A stretch of DNA of 64,000 nucleotides. Source: Podarcis bocagei (taxonomy: Eukaryota). The notes below the pieces were generated by a model. It made no database searches and had not been told where the DNA came from. It saw only the letters and a program-made list of their open reading frames with translations. Position numbers and translations under genes: made by a program. Location of the stretch: assembly GCA_964188305.1 (NCBI GenBank), contig OZ076889.1; one strand, written 5' to 3'. Below are positions 12,033 through 24,365 of this stretch, piece after piece; the first letter of the stretch is position 1; each line of letters begins with the position of its first letter.

Positions 12033-14654
12033 TCTTGTAGATAGCCCCTTGCCCCCAAATACTCCATTGTGCTCTAAAAGTGCACATATTGTACATTATG
12101 TACAACCACATGTTAGTTTTTGATAAGCTTCCTCTGTAAATACATCTTTAATCCGTGAAAATTGTGAGATTGTTCTGGTGAAATCAATGAATATAGAAAT
12201 CATTGCCAATCTACTGCAAATCAAGCAGAGCTCCAATTCCCAATTGTTTAACATTAGCAGCAAAGTGTCTCCCATCGCTCCCTGCATTATACTGTTGAAA
12301 TGAAGAAAGCAGGAGTTTGCCAGGAATGGGTTTTTATGTGGAAGGACACTGACTTCCATTTAGTTCTGGGCTTTAAAACAAATTATTGAGCTCAGAATTC
12401 AGAAGTATTAAGGTCCAACTGGTGCATTTTAGGGTTAAAAAACAAAGTAGCTCCTGCAAGTAGATTCCATATGCCTAAAGCCTGCCCTCCTGTGAACTGA
12501 GTCTATGCATATAACCAGAGACGTTTCTTCTTAGGATGTCCAGTGCAGTTATTTTATTACTGCAGAATTTTTCAGTTGGAGAATGAATTAAATAGGCTCA
12601 GTACTGGAAAGTTGTTTCTCCTCCTACTATTACAAAATGACTGAGCAAGGCCACAGAAACAGCAGACATGGACAAATTGACCAATACTGTATGTCAAAGA
12701 AATTGAATGCATATTCAGGTTGCTTTAATTGTAAATGGGCTCCATTTATTATCTGTTGGAATAATAATTATGGACATGAAAGATTGGAAAGAGATTGGGT
12801 TTTATTATATTCTGATACATTTTATTTAATAAGACCAGGGGGGTGGGATGCAGAAGTAGCTATGTGCAAGCCAAGCCACTCAGCTTTGATTGCTGAGAAT
12901 TCTGAAGCCTGGGAAAAGGTAGAGGATGCTAGGGAATCATAGGCAAACAGGCAGGGAAAGTGGAGCCTCTGGGCACCTTTTTCTGCCTGTTGTTTATCTG
13001 TTCTTATCTTTTCCTTTAGTGGCTAATTGCTCTGCTCCTCCTCCTCACAGCTTCTAGATACAGTTAGAAGACACAACAAAGAGAGATATGATAAGCAGGA
13101 CTAAATATGGAGTGCAGAAAGGTGGCCCACAACTGATTTGCTTTCCTACGATTCCTTCCTGCTTTCTCTGCGTGTTATTTTTTTCCTTGTGAAATTTGCA
13201 ACTAAAAAACTAACAATAATAAATAAGGAAATGGGATGCAGCTTCTGCTACTTGCAGCTTGCGGCTTCTTTCTTGTGGTTTCAGAGCAGGAAGAGAAGAA
13301 GGTTGGGCTTGTTGAAAGAGAACAAGTTTTGCACTTTCTTGAGTAGAATGAGTTTTGGTGCTCCTATCCCCACAAAACAAGAGGGCGCCTTCAAGGCACA
13401 ATTGTGACACAACTTGTCAACATTTGTTGTTTTCTTTAGTAATTGTTCTTAGAGCACCAAAACGAAACACATACTTGCTTATGATGTTTCATTATGCTTC
13501 TGTGCTGTCAGGGTCAGAAATGATGTAATTTATTTAACAAAAGCCTTGCTACTAAATGCAAGCTCAGAAGTGCTAAATTTAATTAAAAACTTTTATTTTT
13601 CAAACAAACAGTTATTATTCCTTCTTACCTTCTGAACTTTAAGACATCTGAGCTGAATAGGACCTGGATAAAGCAGGGAGAAACTTTCCCCTTTCAACAG
13701 ATGCCTGTTATTACTTTATCTCAAACAAGGACTCTAAACCCCCCCCCCCAGATAAACAATACAAGCAAGCAAAAAGTAAAATAAAAGTTAAATTGGTAAA
13801 CTTGGGTTTGGTTTTTAAATTCAAGCAGCTATAAAAAGCCTTGAATTTGTTAAGAATTTGCTGTTTTGCTGTGGAAGTAATTACAAGTCAATAGCATGTG
13901 TCATTGTAAAGTTAGCCACTATATTAGCAGTTTGGGTTTTTTTATTGGTTCAGATATGACTAAGCAGGATTAGTACATGAGAACCTTATGAAAAATAGAA
14001 GTGATAAAAGCAATTTAACTGTCAGTATATTTGTGTTGTGGTTTTGCTATGTGAAACATAATTGCCTGGCAATGGAAAGGACACTGAGGATGGATTCCCC
14101 CTCCCACCCCCACTTATTTCTGTGTCAGTAGCGGTGGAAGATTATTTCACTCTTGGAAGGGATAAATACAACAGATTAAAATTATATTTAAAATTATGCA
14201 ATGAAAATTTGCAGCTGTGTTCTTCACTGGCACATGTGTGTGCAAAGGCAGAAGAAACTAAAGATAAAAAATATTATTGAAAGTTCCTTCCCACTTTTGT
14301 GGACATTATGGTCACTCATGGTAAAGTCTGTGGTTCAGAGCTCTTACTCTGAAACTTATTGTGGTTTCAGCCACTGAATCAGCAATTCAGCTGCATCAAC
14401 TTCAGTCTTGCTGATTTCAGTGTGCATATCAGAATATAAGATTGCAGTTTTAGTGAGGAGAAGCCACTGACCCATATAAACTATGGACATTTTAGGGAGA
14501 TGAGTAGATAGAAGTACTAAAAGACTAGCAGCTGAAATAAAGCATAAGAATTAGTGCCATGATTTAGATATTCCCTTTAATGTCATACACATTTTTCATC
14601 TTCCTTCCATTGTTTGTGATAACTCTTGTTTGCTGTGACTTTGGCTAGTGTTAT

Positions 14655-14990
14655 TTGAAGGACTGCCTGCATTCACATGAACCTACCCAGGCCTTAAGAC
14701 TGGCATCAGAGGTCCTGCTCTCTGGTCAGTTACTGGAGAAGATTGGGTGGATGAGTAACAGGGGCAAGGTCTTTTCAGTGGTGCACCCCACCACATTGTT
14801 GAATTTTGTTTCCCTGGAGCCCAAGCCCTCTCTCTGTCAATCTTTAGATGTGGTATTAATAGGTATTTTGTTCAGCAAGGTCTTTTGAACTCATTTTGTG
14901 TAGGTTTTGTATTTTAATAATTTTTATCTTGTACTATTTTTCTGATTTTATTATTTTACAATGCTGTTGTTAAATATCTTTGAGCAATGT
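14655..14990 (+). mobile_element. L2 LINE 3' fragment, degenerate
   Basis: End of ORF2 (KDCL...PTQALR...RGKVFSVV, resembling L2 'RAFSV') followed by a T-rich 3' UTR. Confidence 0.65.
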
Positions 14991-17454
14991 TTATCTTAAA
15001 AATGGGACATGAGCAAACAAACGGGGAATTTCCTCAACAGCATGATCTGAAGCCATGGATGGAAATTAGTTTGGAAGCCTTGGTTTGGACTTGGAAAGCA
15101 ATCCCTCGTTAGTTCTTACCATAGTTTGAGTGGTTTGAATGTCATGAAAAACTATGATTTTTGCAAACCATGGAAGACAGAAGGAAACTGTATGGGTGTG
15201 GGCATAGTTTTTGTACTGTATTCACTTCAGCTTAATCTGTTGATACTGGCCGTAGCAAAATAGGGATCCAATAATATATTTCTAACTCTGGCAGTGAAGA
15301 TACAATACCTTTAAAATGATATGACCAATATCTTTTTTTAAGTGTGACGAGCATGAAAAGCATATTATTATTATTTTGCATAATTAATTAAAACATTGTT
15401 TGTTATAGGTATATTCACAGTTATCCATACATCACTTTAAATAGAGGCTGATGGGGTTGTTGGAATGGCTCTTAATACTTAGGAGTCCCAAGTGACCACT
15501 TTAAGTGACATTTTCTGCCTCTGCTGCTACATCCCTTAGCTACATCCCTGGGGGTGCCTACTTCAGGGTTTTTTTTAGAAGCAAAGCTCTTAAGCAGGCA
15601 TCTGCTTTAGACAGTTGCTTTCAGTCCTATTGATTTCAACAGAATGCATGCATCAAGGCAAACCATGTACGTAAGCACTGGAATGGCTTGCTCCTTGTGT
15701 CCACTGAAACCACAGACTTCTAGATTTCTGTTCTCTGAATGTGGTGTACCATTATCATAGTTGTTCCAATATTACTTTGGCGTGCCGGTATCTATTTATG
15801 TGCAGTGTTGGGTACTAATATCAGTCCCCTCTCATTGTGTACTCAAGTGGCAGTAGTAACACCACACATTTTGACACAACCATTGGGCCTCCTTGTTGAA
15901 CTGGCTGAGCTTCATTTGCTTTGGGACAAAGGAGAGAGCAGGCCTTCTCACTCAATAGCAGAGCTAGATCACTTGCCCCAGAGAGCAGCTGGCAGTCCCT
16001 AGGCTTCTGGTTAAAAATTATTGCCCACATATCTGTAATCCCAATGTACTTGGGTTTGCTGAACCCTATTAGCATACCTACAGCTCCATATAATCCTTCC
16101 CCCCCCCCCAGTTGCATTCAACGCCTGAGTGTTTAACTGAGCCCCATTGCTTTAAATTAGACTCTGTACTGTTCTAAGTACTTGCAGACATCTTGATCTA
16201 TTCCATTTTGCACAGTGAAGTGTTTTCATTAGCGCAGCATTCATGCATGTGTGATAGTAGCTAACTGATGTAATTAACCAGCATGTCAAAGGCTATTTAT
16301 TTCTTGCACATGCAACCATCTTTCTGTGGTAAGGAATCGTTTCTGCTGACACAGTGCGTATGTAAACATGCTAAACTACAAGCCATTGCCCTTACAGTCT
16401 GCACTGTACTCACAAATTACAAACACTCATTTCACTTTAAAAAGGCTAAACTAATGAGAGTTACTTTACATTTCCATGCCACGGTTAACTACACGTGTAG
16501 CTGGAAATGCAAAGGCAGGGGTTCAAAACAAAGAAAGATCAAGAGAGATGGCATAGGTCATGGAGAACAAATCGCCTACTTGATTGTAGGTCAACCAAGT
16601 GCAGAATAGTATTGCTGTACTTGTCTGGCCCAAGTGGCTGCTTGCCGGTTGCTTTTAAACCTGAGTTATGCACTGAGGTTATGCACATGTGTCAATGCTT
16701 GCAGGATCAAGATTGCTGATTGCAAATACCTTGGGAGCAAAAGTTTCTGTGCCAAAGTACTAGAACATTTTGGCCCTAATTTCTTTCAGCATCAAGGGGT
16801 CAGGCTTCTATAGAAATAAAATGTGAAGAAAAATGGCAATGCAAAACAAGGATTTGGTCTTGGAGGTGGTTCTTCAGGCAGATTATGCATCGTAAAATAT
16901 GATATGTAAATGATTCCTGCTTGGAGGAAGAAGGAACAATAAATAATTCAGGCATCCTATCACCAGTTCCCTCACATAGACTTACTTTGGTTTCAGTCCC
17001 TTCACAACATAAATTGCTTGCATGCTTTCTTGGTATTTTGGTAAAACCATGAAAACTGTAGACTTATTCTCTGCTAGCTATAAACATTTCAATGTTTGCA
17101 CTATGATCCAGGGTCTTGCAGATGTTAAAATTCCCAGATTTTTAATCCAGATCCCACATCTATTCAAGTATACAAAGACACAATCTGTATAATCTCACAT
17201 TTATTGTGACCTTGTACAACTCCTTGGCTTTCTTGCTTCAATTTGTTACACGCATTAGCATAATTCAGGAAAAAAATCTATGAAGGTTAAAGACATAGCT
17301 TTACTGTAAAAATCTACAGTGATGAGAACTTTATATGTTTGGAGTTTACAGTTTTTCTGTTTAAATGTTACAGTTTGTTCTGTTTAATAAACACTTCTTT
17401 ATTCAGCACAACATTTATGGAATTTCCTGGAATAAGATATGGTGATATTTTGAT

Positions 17455-17620
17455 TGCCTTTAAAAAGGGATTATACAGAATCAAAGATTTGGGGTCTATG
17501 GCCCCAAACCATGACGATTATATGGAACTGCCATTTTCCTAGAGGACAACAACAGGAGCAGGCTATTCCCAGAGGCATATGGTTGACCACTGTGGGCCAA
17601 CTATGTGGTTTGTGGCATAA
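17455..17620 (+). mobile_element. CR1-type LINE 3' remnant
   Basis: TTTAAAAAGGGATTATACAGA...CCCAGAGGCATATGGTTGACCACTGTG, similar to 32667-32945. Confidence 0.5.
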
Positions 17621-20029
17621 TTTTAGATTTTACAAATTTAAATAGCTGTCCTTAACATGAAGTGCATTGCCAGTCAGTGATGGAAACTGAACTTGAAATA
17701 CAGTGCTTCAGAGTGTCTGCAATATTCAACAAACACATTCATATTCTTAATAACTTGATGAGATGTAGTGAAAATGGGTTATCAATAGGTTTTCTTTTCT
17801 CTTCTAAAGAGAGTGTGTTCTGGCAGCACTGCTGGCATGATGATCATGGAAAGCTGTGTCCTATGCTTTGTTTCTCACACAATACACACCACTTCATTCT
17901 CCAATACAGCTTGCAGATAAGGCCATTGGCACTGCTGTAGCCTGGTCCAGCCACACAATTTGTCTTAATTTTGCGGTACTGTCTAAGCAAGTCTTAGTTT
18001 ACAGGAGGCCACCGCACGGGGTCTCATGAAGCCCAGCAAGCTTCTTCATGTGGTCTGCCTGGCAATAAGATGATTTAATAATTTGTGTGCCCATTCTAAA
18101 GAGGTTTGGCTGCTTACCATCCAGCCTGCCCTCAGGGGTGATTTACTTAACCATATGCTGCCATAGAAGCAGCTGCATTTGATTGCATCTACCAAACTCT
18201 GAGGTTTATCCGCCACACAGCTGAAGCCTTTCTCCTTTATCTGCCACTTCCCTTGGCTGTATGCCCCTGAAATCATTTGTGTCTAAAAGGAGGACAGAGA
18301 AAATTTTAGCATGTAGTTGGGTGTTGACAATCTGAAATGATGAATTGATCCTCTGAGAATCCATAGGCAATTTGCTGAAGCAACAGTAATAAAAATCTTG
18401 ACATTGCTCTTTGCTTTCTTGCTGATACTGTCTGTTGGTGAATCTGTATTGCATGTGCTACAATCAACACTGAAAATTCAAACCATCTCAGTAGCTCTCA
18501 ATATGCAATTGACTTGACTACTATTGTGGACTGACTATATATGCCTATTTTTTTTCATTCATGGGTAGTAATTTATTTCTCTTTTTAGCCTGTCCCATCT
18601 CAAAGTCTATGTCTGGATAATAATGCCTTATATATAAAACACAGAATTTACAATATGAAACAAAATCTTGACTGAATAAATATACATGAGCGTCCACATA
18701 GTATAAGAATTTATTATAAATAATTGTCATGTTGAATCAGAGCAATGGTTCATTTAGTTCATTAATGTCTACTTTGATTGGCAACAGCAAAGAAATCTCA
18801 AAGAGGGTTTAGCCATATAGATGGATCTTTTCTGCCACTGACCTTTGGTCCTTTCTCACTATAACTTAGTGCAATAGTGTTTATGTTTAATAATGAATAC
18901 ATTGTTATTTCTCCCATAAAATTCTGACAGGATTTCCCCATTATTATATCAATTTGAATTTTGTAGGCTGTATTCCCATGATTTGGTATATATACATTAC
19001 TTTTTGATATATTCTTCAACAGAAATATGAAGGGTTAGGAAAGGAGGTGAATTGTTGTTTGCTAATCTGTAACCTCTTGACCTTCTGATCTCTTCTTATC
19101 CTGTCCAGATGGAAATTCTCGATGTCAGCTGCCCTATTTGTGGATGTAAGATTGGCACATTTCCTCTTTCTCCTTTCCCTTCCAGCACCTGAAAAGACTG
19201 GTGTCATATGATGATTCTTAATAGTTATAATCCAACCTGTGTATTTTACAAAATACTAGACCTTCTAGTTTGGGGTTATTCGGGGGGGGGGGTTCCCAGT
19301 ACAATCTGTCAAATGGCACAGTGGTCATCCAGACTTTTGGCTAAAGGGGGATGCCATTTTTATAAATTTTGAATTAGACTGTGGGATACCAACCTTTTCC
19401 CCATGAATACATATGGATTTTTGCCGGGGGTGCCAGGCCCTGTGGTCGCTTTCCCGCCCCCTCCTCCAAGAGACACACTTCCCTTTTCCAAAGGAACTGG
19501 GTAAAAGCTGGTTCCAGTAAAATCAATCTGAGACTTAGAAAGCACAGAGAGATGAAATAGTAAGTGTGAAAGAGGATCATTCTTCCATCTTTTTTCTTCA
19601 GCTCAGTGTACTTTTCAAGGGAGAAAAAGGAACCCTTACCATTTCAGGACCAAGCAGGCAGTGAGTGCAGGGGTAGGGGGAGACTCAAAGCTTTCACGGG
19701 TGCCATAGGAAGACCTCAAGGGCATCATTGCACCCATGGATGTCACAATGGCAATTGCTGAAATAAACTGCACAGGAAATATACCCTCTGTGTCAATAAT
19801 GGGAATTTTGGATTATTGTAGCTCAGACAATGGGAATACTGTACTGTTAATTATTTAATCATTCAAAATGATACTTCAACATAATAATAGTTAAGATATG
19901 AGTTAATGACACTTAATATATACCCTAGATTAAGAGAGAACTGTGGCACATACAGTGCTTTTCATGTACTCATTGCATTTGAAATAGTCTCCAAAGCTAC
20001 CTAATTTCTGGTCAGTGTGATACCATATA

Positions 20030-20190
20030 TCTAAAGCATCCCAGACAGATGTCTCTCCGACATTTTCTTGAGTGTCTTTGAGAGAGGAAATCCCATAGTT
20101 GCTGTAGGCAGGTTTTTTTCTTCATTGATTGACAGTTTTTTATGATTTTGGAGGACTTTTAAAAGTTATCCTAAAATTTAAAATCATTGC
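20030..20190 (-). mobile_element. Old CR1 fragment
   Basis: Reverse-strand similarity to the CR1 ORF2 end (CAGACAGATGTCTCTCC...TTCATTGATTGACAGTT). Confidence 0.4.
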
Positions 20191-21248
20191 TTCTTGTCCT
20201 TTCTTAACACTGAACATGATCTCCCAAATGATGTCTTACCAGTGTTGAGTAGGAAAATGGTATAATTTCCCATGTGACTGCTAATTCATCCTAAAATGGC
20301 ACAATTCTTCTATGCTATAGACACAGCTGGTGTCACAGCATCTCTCATCTCTTCGTCTTACTTTTCGACAATTACTACTAGTATCTGCTATAAAAAATGG
20401 GTGGTTAATGATTTCATAGTGTAGGCAGTGCTTGCTAGATAACTGTTTGTGAAGCTTGCAAATAGGAATCAAAGCAATATAGGAATATCAAAGCAATATA
20501 GGAATCAATCCTAAAGCAGCACACAAACACTGCTAAGTCTCCTTAACCTTAATGAGAACTGCCAATGTTTATATCTTGTTCAAAACCACATAGACTTTGA
20601 TAGATCAGGGTTCATCCTCTGCTGATTTTTTATATATTTTATTTTCCTCACCTGCAATTGTAAACACTGTTAAAAGATGCACCCTATTAACCTGGTCATG
20701 AATGCTTGAAAATCTTAACTTGCCTATTAAAAATGTCTACTAGCCCATACCTAATTATGCAAAACAGCAAGTGGATAGGGGGAGAAATACCCTGCTAGTT
20801 TAAATGGACAAGAATGAGTTGCTTAAAAAATTAGGCAGGGTGCAATTTTTCCAGAAAGCGCAGTATCATAGCCTAAATTTTTCAGATAGCACAGTCTCTT
20901 AGTTCCCCAAGAACCCACTTGGAGACATCAATGACTTGGCAGTTTCCATTTACACTGCCACAAGCTGGAAGGGTGACTAGGTTGTTGTTGCAATAAATCC
21001 TTATTGACACAATCATAGATGGATAACAATGGTAAGTTATGGTTCAGGTTGAAAAAGCCAACCAAGTGGAGTTCAACGTATCACTGTATTATGATAGATC
21101 TTTGATCTTTTAGTAAAGAGGTCATCAGTGTTGGAGTGGGGAAGAAATGCATTTCAGATCTTTGTAAAAACACTCATTGAGACTATACTAAATTCAGGTG
21201 TTGTGTGTTGGGGTTGTAGCATTTTGGAGGTGCTTCTTAAAGTATGTA

Positions 21249-21489
21249 CAGTGGTACCTCCGGTTATGAACTTAATTAGTTCCGGAGGTCCGTTCGTAAC
21301 AGAAACCGCTTGTAACATGTGGCGTGCTTTTGCTAATGATGCCTCCCGTTGCTGCCGCGCTGCCAGTGCGTGACTTCTGCTCACATCCCAGGGTAAAGTT
21401 CGCAACTGGGAGCATCTACTTCCAGGTTAGCAGAGCTTGTAACCCAAAGCGTTTGCAAGGAGGATGGTATGTTACACAAGGTTCCATTG
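21249..21489 (+). mobile_element. Tc1/mariner (Tigger-like) MITE, divergent subfamily, copy 2
   Basis: TA|CAGTGGTACCTCCGGTTA ... GGTTCCATTG|TA. Shares ACTTAATT(A/C)GTTCCGGAGGTCCGTTC with the other copies. Confidence 0.85.
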
Positions 21490-23779
21490 TATGTGAAGGT
21501 GGCACTTCAGTTCTTTGTTGCATCTGGTCTGTTCTGATTCCACCACAATATGACAAAATGATAGCAGTTAAATTAAAGAATGGTGTTTTTAGCGACCCAT
21601 AAGTGAGCCTCTTTATTTATTCTGGGTGTTTTGGTTTCTATGGAGCACTTGAACTGACAGCCTTTTAATGGAAAAAGTGGATATTTCTTCGGGTGAGGGG
21701 TGGGAGGTCTTAATTTCCTGAAGCACCCCCTTCGTGGACCAACACAAAGCTGTGTTTGCAGGCAGTCATGGCTCACTGCAAGGGATATCTAGCTCTGCGT
21801 TTGCCCCGGCTTCTCTGAGGGGGTGAACACAGTGTTGAGGGAGGTCTTGGTTTTAGAAGGTTGGAAGGTTTATTAGTGTTGACAGTGTGTGAACTTGACA
21901 TCTTTTGTAATAATGAGGTTTTAAAATGTGAATTATTCATGCCTTGCTTTGAATACAGGCTTATTGTGTTAGTTGGAGCTGTGAAGAGAGGAAAGATATT
22001 AATTAAATAAACGTCACTGTTCTAGAAGATCATGTGGGAAATTTTTGTCATGCCTTCAGTATAATCAAGGGAACTAGACACAATACATACTTACTGAAGT
22101 TAGTTGTAGTTAGATTCAAAACATTGATAATTCTGTTCTAGTTTAATGCATATTATCTGTTAATAGTGATTAAATCTTGAAATCACGGGGGCGGGGGCTG
22201 TTTGGGTTGGTTCAAATTCAACAGTTACCAAAAGCAGTACCAGTCTCTCAGACTGTATAAATCAACCAATGACCTGATAATTAAGAAAGTTCTAATAACA
22301 GGCATAGATGGAATTATATTTATGAATGCTATTGGCGTGTTTGTGTGGGTTATAAAGAGAATTTTGTGTTGCTGTTTGTATAGAAATTAGATACTACAAT
22401 GTGCCTTGACGTTTATAGGATAAATAGCAAAGTGGCTGGACAAATGTTAAGTTGGCCAAGCACATATGCAAAATTGATTTAATTTGATGTTTAAGAAGAA
22501 TTTATATTTTGCAGCTAAGCTGAACTGAGTCACATGTACCAAGTGCTTAGAATCCATATTTGGGAAGGAGCCTTCCAAGGACAAGTGATTTTATACAGGA
22601 AGCAATGATAGTATTTTACTAGCTAGTGTCCTTCTCTACATTAGCATCAAATAGTTATTCTGCCGCAGCTATTCTGCCGCAGCACTGATGGTGTTGTTAG
22701 GATGAAAGATCCTGACCACATAAGCAATTAAAGACTTCCTAAGCAGTGGTGTGTTTTTTGTTTTGCAGGAAGTTGCAGTAGAGGCAAACTTTGTTCAGGA
22801 TAGCTTCCCTCCTGCCTCTTTAAACTTCCTCTGGCCAATTCCACTAAATGCCACAAAAGTTCTCATTTCCTATCTAGGTCTGCTTCATTACTCCTCCAGA
22901 GCAGTCACCCTGCAGATTTGTTTGAAGTGACTCTTAGTCTGAGTGTGCACAAAGTTAATGCCATTTGTCTAGCTTTGACACACGGTTTACTGTGACTTGT
23001 GTTGAAGATGGAATTAACACCATTACCAGAGAGGTCTGTGCTACAGAGGTCACTGAAAGTGCAGTGCAGAGAGTTCTGTACTAAAAATATACAGAACAAA
23101 ATATTGTTCCTGTTATTTCCAAAGCTCATGATAAGGCTGTTAAGGAGGACACATGAATAATGGCTGTGCAATCAGCCACATTCCCTAAACTTAGTCATAT
23201 CAAGAGGTTGGTTGTATTCTATGATGATGTATATAAATATTAAATCCATTGGGTTGACTGGGCTGGGTCATATGTAGCTGATAAGATGTTGAATGCCTTT
23301 TGCTGTGCTTCTGAAGTCTTCTAACAATCTACTGTAACAAAACATAACAGGGGGAGAGGTGGAACCTCTCTACCTATTCTGCATGCAACTGGTAGACTGG
23401 CTACTGTGCCCTCTGGCCTGATGGTGTTGTCGGTGAATGCAGGGTTGGTTCACAATAAAAATTTACTCATCCACAATTTGAGGGAGCCAAGCTGATGTGT
23501 ATTACTGAGACCTGGGTGGGTGTGCAGGGCAGAGTCAACCTGTCTGGGCTTTGTTCATCTGAGTACTCAATGCAGCATTAAGCCAGACTGGGGCAGGGGG
23601 AGTCTTTGTGGTCCATGAAAGTATGATCATGCTCATCAGGACACTTTGTACCTAGTGGTGTGCAAAGCACATTGGAGTGGCCACTGGTGTACCATCCACA
23701 TTGCTGTCCAGTGGTTTTGTTCACCAAATTAGATGAGGTGGATTTGGGTGTACTGTTGGGCAATCTGTGGAACTTTAAC

Positions 23780-24010
23780 ATCCATACTGAGACCACATTT
23801 GTAGTGCTAGCTCAGGACTTCATGGCTTTCATAGACATCCGCATGGCTGTGTCAGTTTGTTACTGCTCTACCACAAAGGGCAGGACATACACTTGGTCTA
23901 ATCTTCAGGGTTGGAGACACAATCTACTAATTCCGTTGCTTCTCCTGGATCTGTCAGCAGCTTTTGATATAATTAACCATGTTATCCTTCTGGACCACTG
24001 TGGACTCCAT
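23780..24010 (+). mobile_element. L2 LINE reverse-transcriptase fragment
   Basis: ORF 23660-24067 contains HTETTFV and LLLLDLSAAFDIINHVILL, matching the L2/CR1-clade RT motifs STETAL and LLDLSAAFDTVDH.ILL. Confidence 0.8.
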
Positions 24011-24080
24011 TTTACTAAATTTCCAGTCTTCCTTATGGGGTTAATTCCGGAGAATAGAATTGGGTGAGTGTGACTCTGCC

Positions 24081-24365
24081 CAGCGGTGAAGCAAGCTGAT
24101 TGGGCGCCTGGGGCAGCGTGCGTGCCCTGCACCCAGGGGCGGGGCCAGCCACCTGCAAGGGCGGGGCGAGATGGGGCAGGACGCTCCGTGGGGCCTGGGA
24201 GGAGTCTGCATGGCTCCTCCCACTCAGCCGCCCTACCGCTGAGGGGGAGGCAGCGGGCGGACCGTTTGTGGCAGTGCAGAGCCTGTGGGCACCCAAGCCA
24301 CCGTGTCACTCCCAGGAGAGATGTGTGGCTCGGGCACAGTGCAGGCCCTGTGGTGAGTGCCACCT
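24081..24365. mobile_element. GC/CpG-rich insertion, probably a non-autonomous DNA transposon fragment
   Basis: Abrupt GC-rich block starting CAGCGGTGAAGCAAGC directly after the L2 RT fragment. Contains GGGGCGGGG boxes. No clear second TIR. Confidence 0.45.

Noticed and set aside
19090-19155. Possible micro-exon CCAG|ATGGAAATTCTCGATGTCAGCTGCCCTATTTGTGGAT|GTAAGA (CPICG motif)
   Set aside because: Weak donor, and the peptide is too short to distinguish from chance.
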